Below, one piece after another: positions 19,222 to 30,218 of a stretch of 64,000 nt of DNA. Made by a program: the position numbers and the translations under genes. Positions within the stretch are counted from its first letter, which is position 1. Each line of letters begins with the position of its first letter. This DNA is from Dehalococcoidia bacterium (GTDB lineage: Bacteria; Chloroflexota; Dehalococcoidia; SZUA-161; SpSt-899). Location of the stretch: NCBI GenBank assembly GCA_048539495.1, contig JBLYPS010000005.1:11473-75472 (forward strand). The letters are read 5' to 3'. Under the pieces are notes generated by a model. It searched no databases. It had not been told where the DNA came from and was given only the letters and a program-made list of their open reading frames with translations.

Positions 19222-19714
19222 GTCTAGGTGGTACGGCCACGAAGTCCACCCCTGGCTTCCTGCAGGTTCATTGCAAGCCGACGCCCTGCTTGACCTAAAG
19301 ACGACTGCCAACGGCCTTTCCATGTGGCAGATTAAGGATGACAAGTCGAATTTGAAACAAGTCATCACGGCTCATGCAACAACCCGAGACCACGTTTCCA
19401 ATTCGGACTATGCTATCTTCGATCAGCAGCTTATGTCGGAAATAGATGTCAAGATTAAGTATACGATGGGAAATACCAGCTACGAGAATGCGAATCCTTG
19501 GCATCGCGACCTCCCTGAGCTGTCAGCCGAGAAGCTCATGGGGTTGGCGAGAGTCATCATGGAAAGTGCGGACAAACAGCGATTTTCAGAAAAGCGTGTT
19601 CTAGGCCTACTCAAGGAAGCGGTAGTCTCAGGCGACATCGATTTAACGAAGCTCAAGGATGGAGTCAAGACGAGGATTTCCGGACTGGGACTGCCCGACA
19701 TGGCAAGCCCTTGA
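19193..19714 (+). CDS. Hypothetical protein, possible ADP-ribosyltransferase/RES-like fold
   Basis: An early-strand Arg (LLLRFIR), then DLKTTANGLSMW and WHRDL; overlaps the previous gene by 29 nt. Confidence 0.5.
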   Translation: MPLLLRFIRKSRWYGHEVHPWLPAGSLQADALLDLKTTANGLSMWQIKDDKSNLKQVITAHATTRDHVSNSDYAIFDQQLMSEIDVKIKYTMGNTSYENANPWHRDLPELSAEKLMGLARVIMESADKQRFSEKRVLGLLKEAVVSGDIDLTKLKDGVKTRISGLGLPDMASP

Positions 19715-19811
19715 AGTCATTTCTTCCTATCACGTCCATGCGTCCCTTCGTGCGGTTTTCTCCTATTATTGTCTCCAAAACAATCAGCCAGAAAGTTCAC
19801 TGCACCCATGG

Positions 19812-20486
19812 CTATCTTCGGTTTTGGTGATGGCTCAAGAACTTGTCAACTGCCTCGTTTGCCTCAGATTTTATTCCCCGGTAGCATAGGTAGTCGCCGG
19901 ATTCCAGCGGAAATTCAGAATTGAGCAGTCTATCCTCGTATTTGGTATAGTTATGTCGGATATACGCTCGTGCGGCCAGCATCGCCTTCTCTTCGAGGGG
20001 TAATTTCCGCGTTCGCCCTACTCGATCACTGCCGACTTGCGTCGCATGCTCAGCAACACCCCTGGCGATGTCGCGAGCCAGCTTCTCGTGCCTGGGCGCA
20101 AAACCGAGATACTTGTAGACAGCCTCCGCAAATTGCTCCTGATACTTGACCTCCTGTCTTTCACGCGCTGCTCGTGAAATAACTCGATTAGCCTCTCTCT
20201 GTGCCCTCGTCTCTTCTGCTAGTTTCTGAGCAGCTTCGATGTTCTCCTTCGGAGCCCATATGCCCAGCGTTTTGGTATAGCCCTTCGCACGCTTCTTTGC
20301 TACCCAATGTGGGCCCATCAGTTTTACCTGCCTGGTTACGAAAGCATCACCGGGTGACAGAGACTCCCACCTCTCTGGTATCTCGATATCCCCATATTGG
20401 CGGCACCACCAGTTCTGGGATTCGGTCCGTGGTGGATATACCCATAGAATCTCATCCGAGTGATCTTGCTTATTGCGCATCTGCAT
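19812..20486 (-). CDS. DUF2293 domain protein
   Basis: WESLSPGDAFVTRQVK, LGIWAP, RVGRT and AARAYIRHNYTKYE; start position uncertain. Confidence 0.75.
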   Translation of the reverse strand: MQMRNKQDHSDEILWVYPPRTESQNWWCRQYGDIEIPERWESLSPGDAFVTRQVKLMGPHWVAKKRAKGYTKTLGIWAPKENIEAAQKLAEETRAQREANRVISRAARERQEVKYQEQFAEAVYKYLGFAPRHEKLARDIARGVAEHATQVGSDRVGRTRKLPLEEKAMLAARAYIRHNYTKYEDRLLNSEFPLESGDYLCYRGIKSEANEAVDKFLSHHQNRR

Positions 20487-20720
20487 CTGTCGCATCCCTC
20501 TGTAGCGGTGCGCGGGCCGCCCACTGGCTTCTAATTGTACACTCACGGCCAAGGGTGGGCAAGGTGATTGAGAGGATTATAACTTGGCGGGTCTCACGAT
20601 TCCCATCGCTGTGCCTGCGTTTTGGTTGACCATTGGACCTGGCCTTTGTTATCATAGAATTAGACCCCAAGGCCGTAACACCTGTGCCATGCCAGCGCCG
20701 GTAGAAAGGTCGTCAGTCTA

Positions 20721-23111
20721 ATGACATTTATCTGGGCCCCTGAGGCGCTCGAAAATCTTCTCCTGCATCGGTCAGCGGATGTTCAACAGTGGGCTATCCG
20801 CAGAGCCCTCGATCTGTATCCGGATATACTGTGTGACCAAGTCATTGGGCTAATTCCCTTTGCCTCTGCTGAGATCTCCTCGCTGATACTGCGTCGCCTG
20901 GCAAAGCTGGATTTGATCATTACCAATCCAGACCCCCTGGTGGAGCTGGCCCGAGGCGACACGCGGCCGGACCTCAAAGCCCTTGCCGGAGCTATCCTTC
21001 TGCGCTCTGGTCATGCGCTTTTGCCCAGCGAGATAGAATCGGTCAGCGCAACCCTTTATGCCCATATCGTTGGTTCTACGGAGCGAGGCTTTGACCTCCT
21101 GCTTCGGGTCTACGGTGAGTCTGATGCTGATAATAAGTCCATCCTTGATGGGATAGCTCATGCCTGCAACTTCGCCGATCTTCCCCGGGATCTGGCCCGT
21201 GCAGAAGGTGAAGAGGGAATCAAAGAGAGAATCAATTGCTTTGGTAAGGTGTGGGGATGCGATATTCCTCGGCTGGAACGGCTCTCCCAGCCCGAAGAGG
21301 TCCAATCGGCCATGGAACAGGCCCTGGCATGGGTAGTCCCGGCAGACAACACACAATGGAAACAAGGCTTGCTGGCTGAGTTGGAACAAGACCGAGCGCG
21401 GCTGGCAGCTTTGTGGCACATAGCCTGGGAAAGGGTCTCCAGGTGGTCAACAGAGGAGAGAAGGCTTCTTCTGGCATGCATCCTCTGTCTTCGGCGTAAT
21501 GAGACATGCTGGAGGCGTTTCATAGAGGCTCAGGATGTGGCCGGATTATGGAGAGCACTGGTGATGAAACCCTGGCGTGGCGTTCCGGGGCAGGCACTCC
21601 AGGGATTCCTGCTATCGGTAAAGCCAGAGGAACTCCTCGCTTCACTATCGAAGGCACTCTCCCGGGAATACTCTTATGCCTCCTATGCTTTCCGCCTCCT
21701 CAACGCTCTGGACACTCCCGGAAGGTTCGGGCTCTTTCTGGATGCCTTTGAGGGGAAGAAGTATGGCGATGTTCTGGCTGAGGAGGCCGCTGAGGCTTTG
21801 GAAAAGGCCGGTGTGCCAGCATCTCAATATATAATTGAACACTACTCCCAAATGTCTGGAAGTCTGCGGACATTGATTCTCTATATACTGGACTCGCTTC
21901 CTACACCCCAGGTGGTCGATTTCTGCCTGGAGCACTTCGAGGATTATATGTGCAGCTGGGATCCCTCGGAATTTGCAGGGTGTCTGGGGGAAATAGGTTC
22001 CAATCGGTTCCTGGCTCCCCTGCTTCGGGAATGGAAAGAAGGCGAAGTGGGCATAGGCAGGGCTATAAAGCTGATCTCCGAGATACACAGCGTCAAGGAT
22101 GAGCAGATTGATAGGGTTATTCGGGATGTTGAGAGGATAGCTCGGCACCCTGAGGATGCCCTGGAGAGGCCTATTTCCTTGTTTCCTCTTCGCTGCACCG
22201 AATGCGGGCATACTTACCACTACGAACCAAAAAACATCTATATATACAAGGAGGGCAAGCCCATCATTGGGGACATTATCCAGTGCAAAGGCTGCGGGAG
22301 CATCGAGACTTATGAAATGACGGCCCAGGCGCACTTCGGGCTCATGGCTGAGATAGCGAGGCTGGTGGCCATCAAGGAGGCACAGGGGAAAGAGACGTTC
22401 GACTCCTTTGATACCCCGCTCAAGGTTTACAGTCAGTTTCATATGCAAACCCTTGGCCGAAAGGTGAAGAGCACCGGCGAGGCATATCACCTTCTCAAAG
22501 GCGAGATCGAAAGACATCCTCAAGATGCCGATCTCCAAAGACGCATGGGGAATGTGCTTAGAAACGGGGGGAGGCCTGATCTGGCATTGCCTTACTATCT
22601 TGAGGCTATCAGGCTCAACCCCAACGATGCCGAGTCCTACCACTGCATCGTTGATACCTTCATAGAGCGGGGGCAGTACAGGGAGGCCATCCCCTACCTG
22701 GAGCGGCTTATACCACTATGCCGTGAGAGCAAGCTGGATGAGGATTTACGGCGAGGCTTGTTTTCAGCCTTACTCAACCAGGCTAACATTATCCAGGAGG
22801 AGACCGGCCATAAGGTAGAGCTTTTCCCACTGGCTAAACCTGATGACCTGCGTGAGGCAAAAGGGCCTATTACTATCAACATCCGCTCATTCGACTCCTC
22901 TGACCCGGAAGGTTTTGAGTGGTTATATCATACATTTCGCTATGGTAGGGTCCCTAAAGAAGCAATAAAGTCAGATATCACACTCGAAGCGACTCGGCTT
23001 CAAGAAGTCGTGCAACAATCTCCCGTTCTAAGATCAGGCAGAAAGCTGGGTCGCAATGACCCTTGCCCTTGCGGCAGCGGCAAAAAGTTTAAGAAGTGTT
23101 GCGGACGGTAA
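20721..23111 (+). CDS. Large helical-repeat protein with Zn-finger, TPR and C-terminal SEC-C motif
   Basis: CTECG...CKGCG; TPR-like [33 protein letters not shown]; [19 protein letters not shown]. Confidence 0.85.
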   Translation: MTFIWAPEALENLLLHRSADVQQWAIRRALDLYPDILCDQVIGLIPFASAEISSLILRRLAKLDLIITNPDPLVELARGDTRPDLKALAGAILLRSGHALLPSEIESVSATLYAHIVGSTERGFDLLLRVYGESDADNKSILDGIAHACNFADLPRDLARAEGEEGIKERINCFGKVWGCDIPRLERLSQPEEVQSAMEQALAWVVPADNTQWKQGLLAELEQDRARLAALWHIAWERVSRWSTEERRLLLACILCLRRNETCWRRFIEAQDVAGLWRALVMKPWRGVPGQALQGFLLSVKPEELLASLSKALSREYSYASYAFRLLNALDTPGRFGLFLDAFEGKKYGDVLAEEAAEALEKAGVPASQYIIEHYSQMSGSLRTLILYILDSLPTPQVVDFCLEHFEDYMCSWDPSEFAGCLGEIGSNRFLAPLLREWKEGEVGIGRAIKLISEIHSVKDEQIDRVIRDVERIARHPEDALERPISLFPLRCTECGHTYHYEPKNIYIYKEGKPIIGDIIQCKGCGSIETYEMTAQAHFGLMAEIARLVAIKEAQGKETFDSFDTPLKVYSQFHMQTLGRKVKSTGEAYHLLKGEIERHPQDADLQRRMGNVLRNGGRPDLALPYYLEAIRLNPNDAESYHCIVDTFIERGQYREAIPYLERLIPLCRESKLDEDLRRGLFSALLNQANIIQEETGHKVELFPLAKPDDLREAKGPITINIRSFDSSDPEGFEWLYHTFRYGRVPKEAIKSDITLEATRLQEVVQQSPVLRSGRKLGRNDPCPCGSGKKFKKCCGR

Positions 23112-23192
23112 GCCCGTTCGTCTGTAATTCGGGCAGGAGACACAGCGTCCAATTCCTGGTCTGGGTGCCTCGGAGGGCCATGGTGCTGACTA

Positions 23193-23429
23193 ATGCCTTG
23201 CCTAATTCAATCCTTCAACTTGCCTTTCGCAGCGGCTGGGAAGTTCAATGCGATAATGAATGCCATCGAAATGCAGGTAGAGGACTGTCACTATAGTCCG
23301 GCAGTAATAGACTATCTATGCGAATCCATATTGGCGCTGGCTGATCAATATGAGTTCAAAGAGCAGCGTGCTACACTCGAAGCCGTCCTGACAGCATTTG
23401 GCCGGGACTTGGGAATATGGGACGTTTAG
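23193..23429 (+). CDS. Small hypothetical protein
   Basis: 78-aa ORF co-oriented with the SEC-C gene; helical composition only. Confidence 0.3.
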   Translation: MPCLIQSFNLPFAAAGKFNAIMNAIEMQVEDCHYSPAVIDYLCESILALADQYEFKEQRATLEAVLTAFGRDLGIWDV

Positions 23430-23749
23430 CCTCAGTCCCACATGTCACTCAATGATGATATGCTAACATCGGTAGCGTAGAGCCTGACTTACTGTTTGGC
23501 ATATCTGTGTTAATGCCTGTGGTTCAGACTCCGCCCCTTCAGCTCGACAGGGATGAATCCCGCTCAAAGTAAAGCCGGGGTAAACAAAACAGCGGATTGT
23601 TGAGCGGTGCCATTCAACTTGAAAACCAGCCGCTCCTTTGACATAACGCGTCTGCTTGGTGGCTGACTGACCGCTTCGAGTTTGCCCACTAACCTTCAAC
23701 GAAAACCAAGTTTGGCAGTTATGAGCTGACGCCCTCTTGCTTGCTTAAG

Positions 23750-24235
23750 CTACCTTGCTCGACGTATAGCCTGCAAGATCTCCGCTGTAGGATAACCGAA
23801 GATAGTCTTGATTCGACCAGGCCGTTCGATAACGATAAATGCATCTCCGTCAATGCGATACTCTGCATTCCATTCAATACTAAAGTCAGTGGGTGTTTCG
23901 GTAATCGTAAACGGCTGTTCCTCTCCATCTCGTGCCAAACAGAGGGCCAATTCATCTTCAGGGTCAAGCATCCAGGCATCGCCTGTTTCTGTGGAGAAGA
24001 AAATCAAGGGGCCATGCGTGACTAAACGAGGATCGTAGTTTTCGGCTTGATTGATGATGTAGTTTGCCTCTTTTGTGATGCTAACTTCTCCAGCTTCGAG
24101 GACTTGCATTCGATATACCTTGGTTCCACAGCCCGGGCATTCACCTTGAGTCGCCGGACGTCCGCTCTTCATTGTTATGGCTTTCGGGTTCTTGATCTCT
24201 ACCTTTTCCCTACACTTCATACAGTAAGCCTGCAT
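23750..24235 (-). CDS. DUF5679-like Zn-ribbon fused to an uncharacterised beta-rich domain
   Basis: MQAYCMKCREKVEI...QGECPGCGTKVYRM, then LIFFSTETGDAWMLDPED...IEW; SD AAGGAGG. Confidence 0.7.
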   Translation of the reverse strand: MQAYCMKCREKVEIKNPKAITMKSGRPATQGECPGCGTKVYRMQVLEAGEVSITKEANYIINQAENYDPRLVTHGPLIFFSTETGDAWMLDPEDELALCLARDGEEQPFTITETPTDFSIEWNAEYRIDGDAFIVIERPGRIKTIFGYPTAEILQAIRRAR

Positions 24236-24332
24236 CTTGTCCTCCTTGAGCGTGAATTTTGATTACAGACTAACACGTGGATGATAATCAGTCAATAGGC
24301 GCACTGAACAAAATCTTTTTGTTTTACGTCGC

Positions 24333-24383
24333 GTGGGTCAGTTTCAAGCGGTAAGCTGGTCCAATTTTAAGAGAGAGTCTACA
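24333..24383 (+). mobile_element. IS21-like terminal remnant
   Basis: GTGGGTCAGTTTCAAG...CTGGTCCAATTTTAAG...CTACA: repeated subterminal boxes ending in CA; no istAB nearby. Confidence 0.4.
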
Positions 24384-24473
24384 GGCAAAACGTAAGAGTT
24401 TCACCTGTGAGGAATGCGATAGTCCCTAGCAAGCTGAAAGGGGGGTATCTGATCCCGGTGAAGACTGTTTTCG

Positions 24474-24830
24474 GTGAAAGGCAGGGGGAAAAGATACACC
24501 TCAGTCAGTTCCACAACTATCGGATTGATTTGCGGCCGCAAGTTGATAAAAGAGGATTTCGGTTATGCCCGTTCAACCGTAGACCAAGTATTTGCCGAGT
24601 TTATTGAGCCAGAAGCGGAACTGGATCAGGGTAAAGAACGGGAAACCATGCCGGCGGTTTACAAGAAGGATGATCGCCTGAATCCAGAAGTATTGCTGCG
24701 CCGCTACATGGACGGCAGCTACGAGGATGAGCTTGATCTGATTTTTATATTCACCAGGGCGTCGTATCTACTGGCTATCCAGAGTACGTATCCACTAGCT
24801 GGATACGGGTGGGTGGCCATGTTCCGCTGA
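24474..24830 (+). CDS. Hypothetical protein or gene remnant
   Basis: ORF track only; family not recognised. Confidence 0.25.
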   Translation: MKGRGKRYTSVSSTTIGLICGRKLIKEDFGYARSTVDQVFAEFIEPEAELDQGKERETMPAVYKKDDRLNPEVLLRRYMDGSYEDELDLIFIFTRASYLLAIQSTYPLAGYGWVAMFR

Positions 24831-25204
24831 ACAAAAGACGATATTGTTATCACCGGCCATCAATATGAGAGTTGGCTTCTTCAACCCTGCTGAGACCTGT
24901 GTAAAGATTATACCCCTCGCCCTGGGGCTGTGAAGGGCCAAATTGATTTATAGTTTTGGTCACCGAAGGTGGTATTATTGATTCAAAAATAGTGTTACCG
25001 GATGTGAGACGACACAAGGCAACATAAGCCCCGGCTCATTGCGGATCAAACAAAACGTCTTTTTGTTCCGCGGCCAGCGCATCCAGAGGCGGATCAGCTT
25101 ATCCGATTGGTGCAGTCTATTCTAATTGAAGAATGAGCCTGAAGGATAGTAGTAGTAGCAGCAGTAATAATCCCCCCCTGCGGAGGCTGGGGTATGATGG
25201 TCTC

Positions 25205-25810
25205 ATGCAGTTGACGGTACCCCTGCAATTTGCCGAGGACGTTGAATCCTGCTTGGCGCAGGCCCCAGATCCGGGGACGATTTCGGCTGAGACATGGGAG
25301 AATGCGATCAGGGGTTGGCCGCCCTTATCTCAGGGCAGGTCACTGGTTCAATCCCTTCAGGAAGCTGGCGACAGAATCCTGGCAGAGTTCCATAGGGGAA
25401 AGCTTCGGGTGGATCCCTTCGTGGTTTGCCGGGGCTTGGCGGTACTCTTCATGGCACCTTTTCTTCCGCAGGGGCAGTGGCTACTGCCGCGGGTAGCCGT
25501 CGTTGTCGGGGCCAGCCCCTATCAGCCGGCAGCCTTGCTCATCGATCGCTACGTTGAAATGGTGATCAGCGGAGATCAGGATATGCTGGGGAAGATCAAT
25601 TGTTGTATAATCGAAGAGGCACCGGTGTTGGGAACGTGGTCTGCCGCCGTAATGGAGGCTGTGGCGAGATTCCCATTTATCCCCCGGATGAGCGCAGTAA
25701 CGCCGCCTCTCTCAGCCGAGTTTGAGGCTGATATACTGGTTCAAGAGTTTTGCCGTATAATGGCTGGCATAGTATCCCGCCTTTTGAGAAAACAGGACGG
25801 GACCGGATAA
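25205..25810 (+). CDS. Hypothetical protein
   Basis: Protein-like ORF directly upstream of the recombinase; start uncertain (25133 or 25205). Confidence 0.5.
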   Translation: MQLTVPLQFAEDVESCLAQAPDPGTISAETWENAIRGWPPLSQGRSLVQSLQEAGDRILAEFHRGKLRVDPFVVCRGLAVLFMAPFLPQGQWLLPRVAVVVGASPYQPAALLIDRYVEMVISGDQDMLGKINCCIIEEAPVLGTWSAAVMEAVARFPFIPRMSAVTPPLSAEFEADILVQEFCRIMAGIVSRLLRKQDGTG

Positions 25811-25843
25811 CGATGTTCAAAACGAAGGAGAGGTAAATAAGAA

Positions 25844-27388
25844 ATGAGGGCTGCACTTTATGTAAGGGTAAGCACCGAGGAGCAAGTGGAAGGCTATAGT
25901 CTGGATGCTCAATTAAGGTCAATGAGGGGATTCTGTGCCGAAAGGGGTTGGGAGATTGTTGGAGAATATATCGAAGAGGGCAGGTCGGCAAGGAGTGAGA
26001 ATATAGGGAAACGTCCCCAGTTTAAAGTTCTGATGAATGATGCTTTCTCTGGGAAGGTCGAGGTGGTAGTAGTCCATAAGCTTGACCGATTTTCAAGGAA
26101 TTTAATTGTCACTCTGACCTATTTTCAAGAGTTCGCCAAGCGCAATATCGCTTTTGTCTCCCTCTCCGAGCAAATGGACTTCTCCAGCCCTTCAGGAAGG
26201 CTCATGCTGGCGATGATGGGGGCTTTTGCCCAGTGGTATAGCGATAATTTGGCGCACGAAACCTCTAAAGGGAAAAGGGAACGGGCACTACAGGGCTATT
26301 ACAATGGCGATTTGCCTTTTGGCTATATTAAGGGGGATGATGGCATTCCTGTTATCGAACCTAAAGAGGCCGTGGCGATTGAAAGGGCTTTTCCAATGTA
26401 TGCCACCGGGGATTATGGCTTCCAGGATGTAGCGAACGAAGTCAACACTATGGGATTTCTGACACGCAATAAGAGGAAGCAGGATATTTACGGTGCTGTG
26501 GGGCCAAGACCTTTTACCTGTGATTCTGTGCGGGATATGATTTCTAATCCCTTCTATGCTGGCTATATTACCTATAAAGGCGAAAGGATTTTAGGTAAGC
26601 AGCAAGCCATTATACCTAAAGATGTCTATGAGAAGTGCTGCCAGGTGAGAAGGAAGCACCGCAAGGCACCGAGGACACATTCTCCCAGGTTTCGCACTTA
26701 TTTGCTCAAGGGACTTATACGGTGTGCCTTTTGCGGTGAGAAGCTTTGGGTTAATGCTTCACCATCTGGTTCCAAATACTATAGAGAGGTATCGGGGAAA
26801 AGAGGCAGGGTCTGCCTCTATCCAGATAAATATGTGAGGGCCGAAGAATTGGATCAGCAGGTTGATGGGGTAATGAAAAGCCTGGTGATTCCACAGGCTT
26901 GGCAAATTGAAATGATGAATATTCTGACTTCGCTGGATGAAAGGACTCGGATTGCTAGGGAAAAGGAAAGGATAGAGGAGAAGATAAGGAGGCTGAGAAG
27001 GCTTTATGCGGAACTGGAAATCGGTGAGGCTGAATATGAGCTTGGGAAAAGGAGACTCGAAGTATCCCTTGCGTCTCTGGTTGTTCCCAAAGAGAACGAA
27101 ATGATTAGAGCTGGTGAAAAGCTAAAGAGCATGCTAGAAATCTGGGGTGAAGCTACTGAGGAAGAGAAGGCCAAAATGCTGGCTATAATGCTTGATGCTG
27201 TCTACTGTGATACAAATAGAAAGAAGATTGTAGCTTTGAAGCTAAAGTCTCCGTTCCTGCCTGTGTTTAGCCTTTGCGATGGCTTAAAGGAAAACGATGG
27301 GCTTATTTTTATGCCTGAACTCGTAGGTATTGGCGACCCCGAGGGGATTCGAACCCCTGATCTCCACCGTGACAGGGTGGCATGTTAG
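25844..27388 (+). CDS. Large serine recombinase (resolvase + recombinase + Zn-ribbon)
   Basis: MRAALYVRVSTEEQ...SLDAQ, VHKLDRFSR, PFGY and GLIRCAFCG; the last 19 codons lie antisense to tRNA-Asp. Confidence 0.92.
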   Translation: MRAALYVRVSTEEQVEGYSLDAQLRSMRGFCAERGWEIVGEYIEEGRSARSENIGKRPQFKVLMNDAFSGKVEVVVVHKLDRFSRNLIVTLTYFQEFAKRNIAFVSLSEQMDFSSPSGRLMLAMMGAFAQWYSDNLAHETSKGKRERALQGYYNGDLPFGYIKGDDGIPVIEPKEAVAIERAFPMYATGDYGFQDVANEVNTMGFLTRNKRKQDIYGAVGPRPFTCDSVRDMISNPFYAGYITYKGERILGKQQAIIPKDVYEKCCQVRRKHRKAPRTHSPRFRTYLLKGLIRCAFCGEKLWVNASPSGSKYYREVSGKRGRVCLYPDKYVRAEELDQQVDGVMKSLVIPQAWQIEMMNILTSLDERTRIAREKERIEEKIRRLRRLYAELEIGEAEYELGKRRLEVSLASLVVPKENEMIRAGEKLKSMLEIWGEATEEEKAKMLAIMLDAVYCDTNRKKIVALKLKSPFLPVFSLCDGLKENDGLIFMPELVGIGDPEGIRTPDLHRDRVAC

Positions 27389-27407
27389 TCCGCTACACCA
27401 CGGGGCC
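27331..27407 (-). tRNA. tRNA-Asp (GTC)
   Basis: Reverse complement GGCCCCGTGGTGTAGCGGACTAACATGCCACCCTGTCACGGTGGAGATCAGGGGTTCGAATCCCCTCGGGGTCGCCA: cloverleaf, anticodon GTC, encoded CCA. Confidence 0.97.
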
Positions 27408-27460
27408 GTTTTAAGTTTTAAGGGAGTGAACCTCGGTGCCACTTAACACTTAATACTTTA

Positions 27461-29914
27461 TCAGTCTTTCTCTTGCGCTGTCAAGGTTACTGGCTCATCT
27501 TTAGTAAAGACGAGTCCATCTGCCCCCCGTTCCACGAGGATATGATCGCCATCCTGAAATTCCCCCTGCAAAATGCGCTTGGAGAGGGGGCTTTCCAGCG
27601 AGCGCTGGAGTGCCCGCCGCAGCGGGCGGGCTCCGTACATCGGATCAAACCCTTCGCTGGCCAGCCATGACTTCGCTTCGGGTGTCAGAGATACGGTTAT
27701 CTTCCGCTCGGCAAGACGCTCCTGGATTTCCTTGAGCATTAACTCTACGATTTGATGCAACTGCTCTTCGGAAAGTTCATCGAAGATGATGATATCGTCG
27801 ATCCGATTCAGGAACTCCGGACGGAAGGTCTGCTTCAGGGTGCTCTCAACGGCGCTTTTCTTTCGCTGTCGGTCAGCCCTGGTCTCATCGCCGCGGCGGA
27901 AGCCTATGGATTGGCGCTGGAATTCCTGGCTTCCCAGGTTGCTGGTCATGATGATCACCGTGTTCTTGAAGTCAACCGTGCGGCCGTGTCCGTCGGTCAG
28001 CCGTCCATCCTCCATTATCTGCAGCAAGATGTTGAATACCTCGGGATGTGCCTTCTCGATCTCGTCGAACAGGATTACCCGATAGGGACGGCGGCGCACG
28101 ATCTCGGTGAGCTGCCCCCCTTCTTCGTAGCCGATGTATCCCGGTGGGGCTCCGATCAGACGGGAGACGGTGTGCTTCTCCATGTACTCCGACATGTCCA
28201 TCCTGACCAGCGCCTCCTCTTCATCGAAGAGAAACTCGGCCAGAGCTCGGGCGAGTTCCGTCTTGCCCACACCGGTGGGGCCCAGGAAAATGAAGCTGCC
28301 GATAGGCCGCTTGGGGTCCTTTAGTCCGGAACGGGCACGTCTTATGGCATCGGAGACGGCGGTTATCGCCTCGTCCTGTCCGACGACCCGTTGGTGGATT
28401 CTCTCCTCCATATGGACGAGCTTTTCCATCTCGCCCTCCAGCATGCGGCTCACCGGGATGCCGGTCCATTTGGAAATGAGCTCCGCGATATCCTCCTCAT
28501 CCACCACGTGGTCGATCTTCTTCTCCTGAAGCCAGTTGTTCCTTAGTTCCTGATATTTTCCCTCGATCTGTAATCTCTCGGACTTGAGATGGGCCGCGCG
28601 CTCGTAGTCGCGACGCTGTGAGGCCGCCTCTTCCTCGTCGGTCAGGTGTCTCAGTCGCTGCCCCAGCTCCTTGATTTTAGGGGGATAACTTTCAGAGTCG
28701 ATGCGAAGTTTGGCCGAGGCCTCATCGATGAGGTCTATCGCCTTATCGGGAAGGAAACGACCCGACACGTAGCGATCACTGAGCTGGGCAGCCGCTGTTA
28801 GGGCAGAATCGGTGATCTGAGTCTTGTGGTGCGATTCATACTTGGGACGCAGACCCTGCAGCATTTCTATGGTAGTATCCACGCTGGGCTCTTCCAGAAG
28901 CACCGGCTGGAACCGTCTTTCCAGGGCGGCATCCTTTTCTATGCGCTGGCGATATTCAGCGAGGGTGGTCGCCCCGACACATTGCAGTTCACCTCTGGCT
29001 AGAGCTGGTTTCAGCATGTTGGAGGCATCGATCGCTCCTTCGGCCGCTCCGGCACCGACAACCGTGTGCAGCTCATCGATGAACAATATGATCTCTCCCT
29101 GAGCACGGCGCACCTCATCCATTACCGACTTGAGACGCTCCTCGAACTCGCCTCTGAACTTGCTTCCGGCCACCAGGGCACCCATATCCAGGGCTACCAT
29201 TCGCCGCCCTCTCAGGGACTCGGGAACATCGTCGGCAGCAATCTTCTGAGCCAGCCCCTCGGCTATGGCGGTCTTGCCCACGCCAACGTCCCCAATAATG
29301 ACGGGGTTGTTCTTGGTGCGGCGGATCAACACCTGCATCACCCGTTTTATCTCTTCGTCGCGCCCGATAACCGGGTCCAGCTTCCCCTCGCGGGCCAGCA
29401 TAGTCAGGTCGCGGCTGTACTTCTCCAGGGCTCGATACTTGCTCTCTGGTCGAGAGTCGGTCACCCTCTGACCACCGCGAATGTCCTGGAGCACCCGGTA
29501 TATCTTCTCTTGATCTATGCCAAAACCCTGGAGAATCTGCGCCGCCTGGCCTCCCCTTTCCCCGATCATAGCTATGAGAAGATGCTCGGTGCTGATGAAC
29601 TCATCTTTCAGCCGATCAGCCTCGGCTTCGGCGTTCTGGAACAGTTGCGCGATGCGAGGGGTGGCATAAACCTGAGTGCTCTCATAGGCCATCTTCGGGC
29701 TTTGATCGAGAACTTGCTGCACCCTCTGGCGTACCTGTAGAGGGTCTACGCCCAGTTGCGTCAGTATCTCGCCGGTTAAACCGGCCTGGTGACTCAGCAG
29801 CGCCAGGAGTACGTGTTCCACATCCCATTGGCTGTGGCGAAACCCTCGCACCAGCTCCTGCGACGCCGCCAAAACCTCCTGAGCCTGCTCGGTGAATCTC
29901 TCTGGTCCTATCAT
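27461..29914 (-). CDS. clpC: Clp ATPase, ClpC-type
   Basis: Two AAA+ modules (GDVGVGKT; GPTGVGKT), a short UVR-like middle domain, and a SIGF ClpP-docking loop. Confidence 0.85.
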   Translation of the reverse strand: MIGPERFTEQAQEVLAASQELVRGFRHSQWDVEHVLLALLSHQAGLTGEILTQLGVDPLQVRQRVQQVLDQSPKMAYESTQVYATPRIAQLFQNAEAEADRLKDEFISTEHLLIAMIGERGGQAAQILQGFGIDQEKIYRVLQDIRGGQRVTDSRPESKYRALEKYSRDLTMLAREGKLDPVIGRDEEIKRVMQVLIRRTKNNPVIIGDVGVGKTAIAEGLAQKIAADDVPESLRGRRMVALDMGALVAGSKFRGEFEERLKSVMDEVRRAQGEIILFIDELHTVVGAGAAEGAIDASNMLKPALARGELQCVGATTLAEYRQRIEKDAALERRFQPVLLEEPSVDTTIEMLQGLRPKYESHHKTQITDSALTAAAQLSDRYVSGRFLPDKAIDLIDEASAKLRIDSESYPPKIKELGQRLRHLTDEEEAASQRRDYERAAHLKSERLQIEGKYQELRNNWLQEKKIDHVVDEEDIAELISKWTGIPVSRMLEGEMEKLVHMEERIHQRVVGQDEAITAVSDAIRRARSGLKDPKRPIGSFIFLGPTGVGKTELARALAEFLFDEEEALVRMDMSEYMEKHTVSRLIGAPPGYIGYEEGGQLTEIVRRRPYRVILFDEIEKAHPEVFNILLQIMEDGRLTDGHGRTVDFKNTVIIMTSNLGSQEFQRQSIGFRRGDETRADRQRKKSAVESTLKQTFRPEFLNRIDDIIIFDELSEEQLHQIVELMLKEIQERLAERKITVSLTPEAKSWLASEGFDPMYGARPLRRALQRSLESPLSKRILQGEFQDGDHILVERGADGLVFTKDEPVTLTAQEKD

Positions 29915-30216
29915 TTACTGAGCCTCCTTATCTCCGATTCCATCTCCTGCATTTGCTTCTCCATCTCGGCTATCCGCCGGGTGAGCCGAAGTACCACCTC
30001 AACTCCGGCCAGGTTAACACCGAGATTATCAGCCAGTGTCCTTATCTGCTGCACCCTTTCAATATCCATTGCGGAGTAAAGACGCTGATTTCCTGGGGAA
30101 CGTTTGGGTTGGACTATCCCCAGTCGTTCGTAGTATCGCAGCGTGTGCGTATGGACTCCGACTATTCTTGCGGCGACATTTATCACGTAGCGAGGCTCAG
30201 TATCTTTTGAGTTCAT
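29911..30216 (-). CDS. hspR: MerR-family heat-shock repressor HspR
   Basis: YVINVAARIVGVHTHTLRYYERLG and LGVNLAGVEVVLRL; lies between dnaJ and clp. Confidence 0.88.
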   Translation of the reverse strand: MNSKDTEPRYVINVAARIVGVHTHTLRYYERLGIVQPKRSPGNQRLYSAMDIERVQQIRTLADNLGVNLAGVEVVLRLTRRIAEMEKQMQEMESEIRRLSK

Positions 30217-30218
30217 AA

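Noticed and set aside
25147-25170. (AGT/AGC)n microsatellite encoding poly-Ser
   Set aside because: Short, and probably upstream of the true start (25205); no evidence of function.
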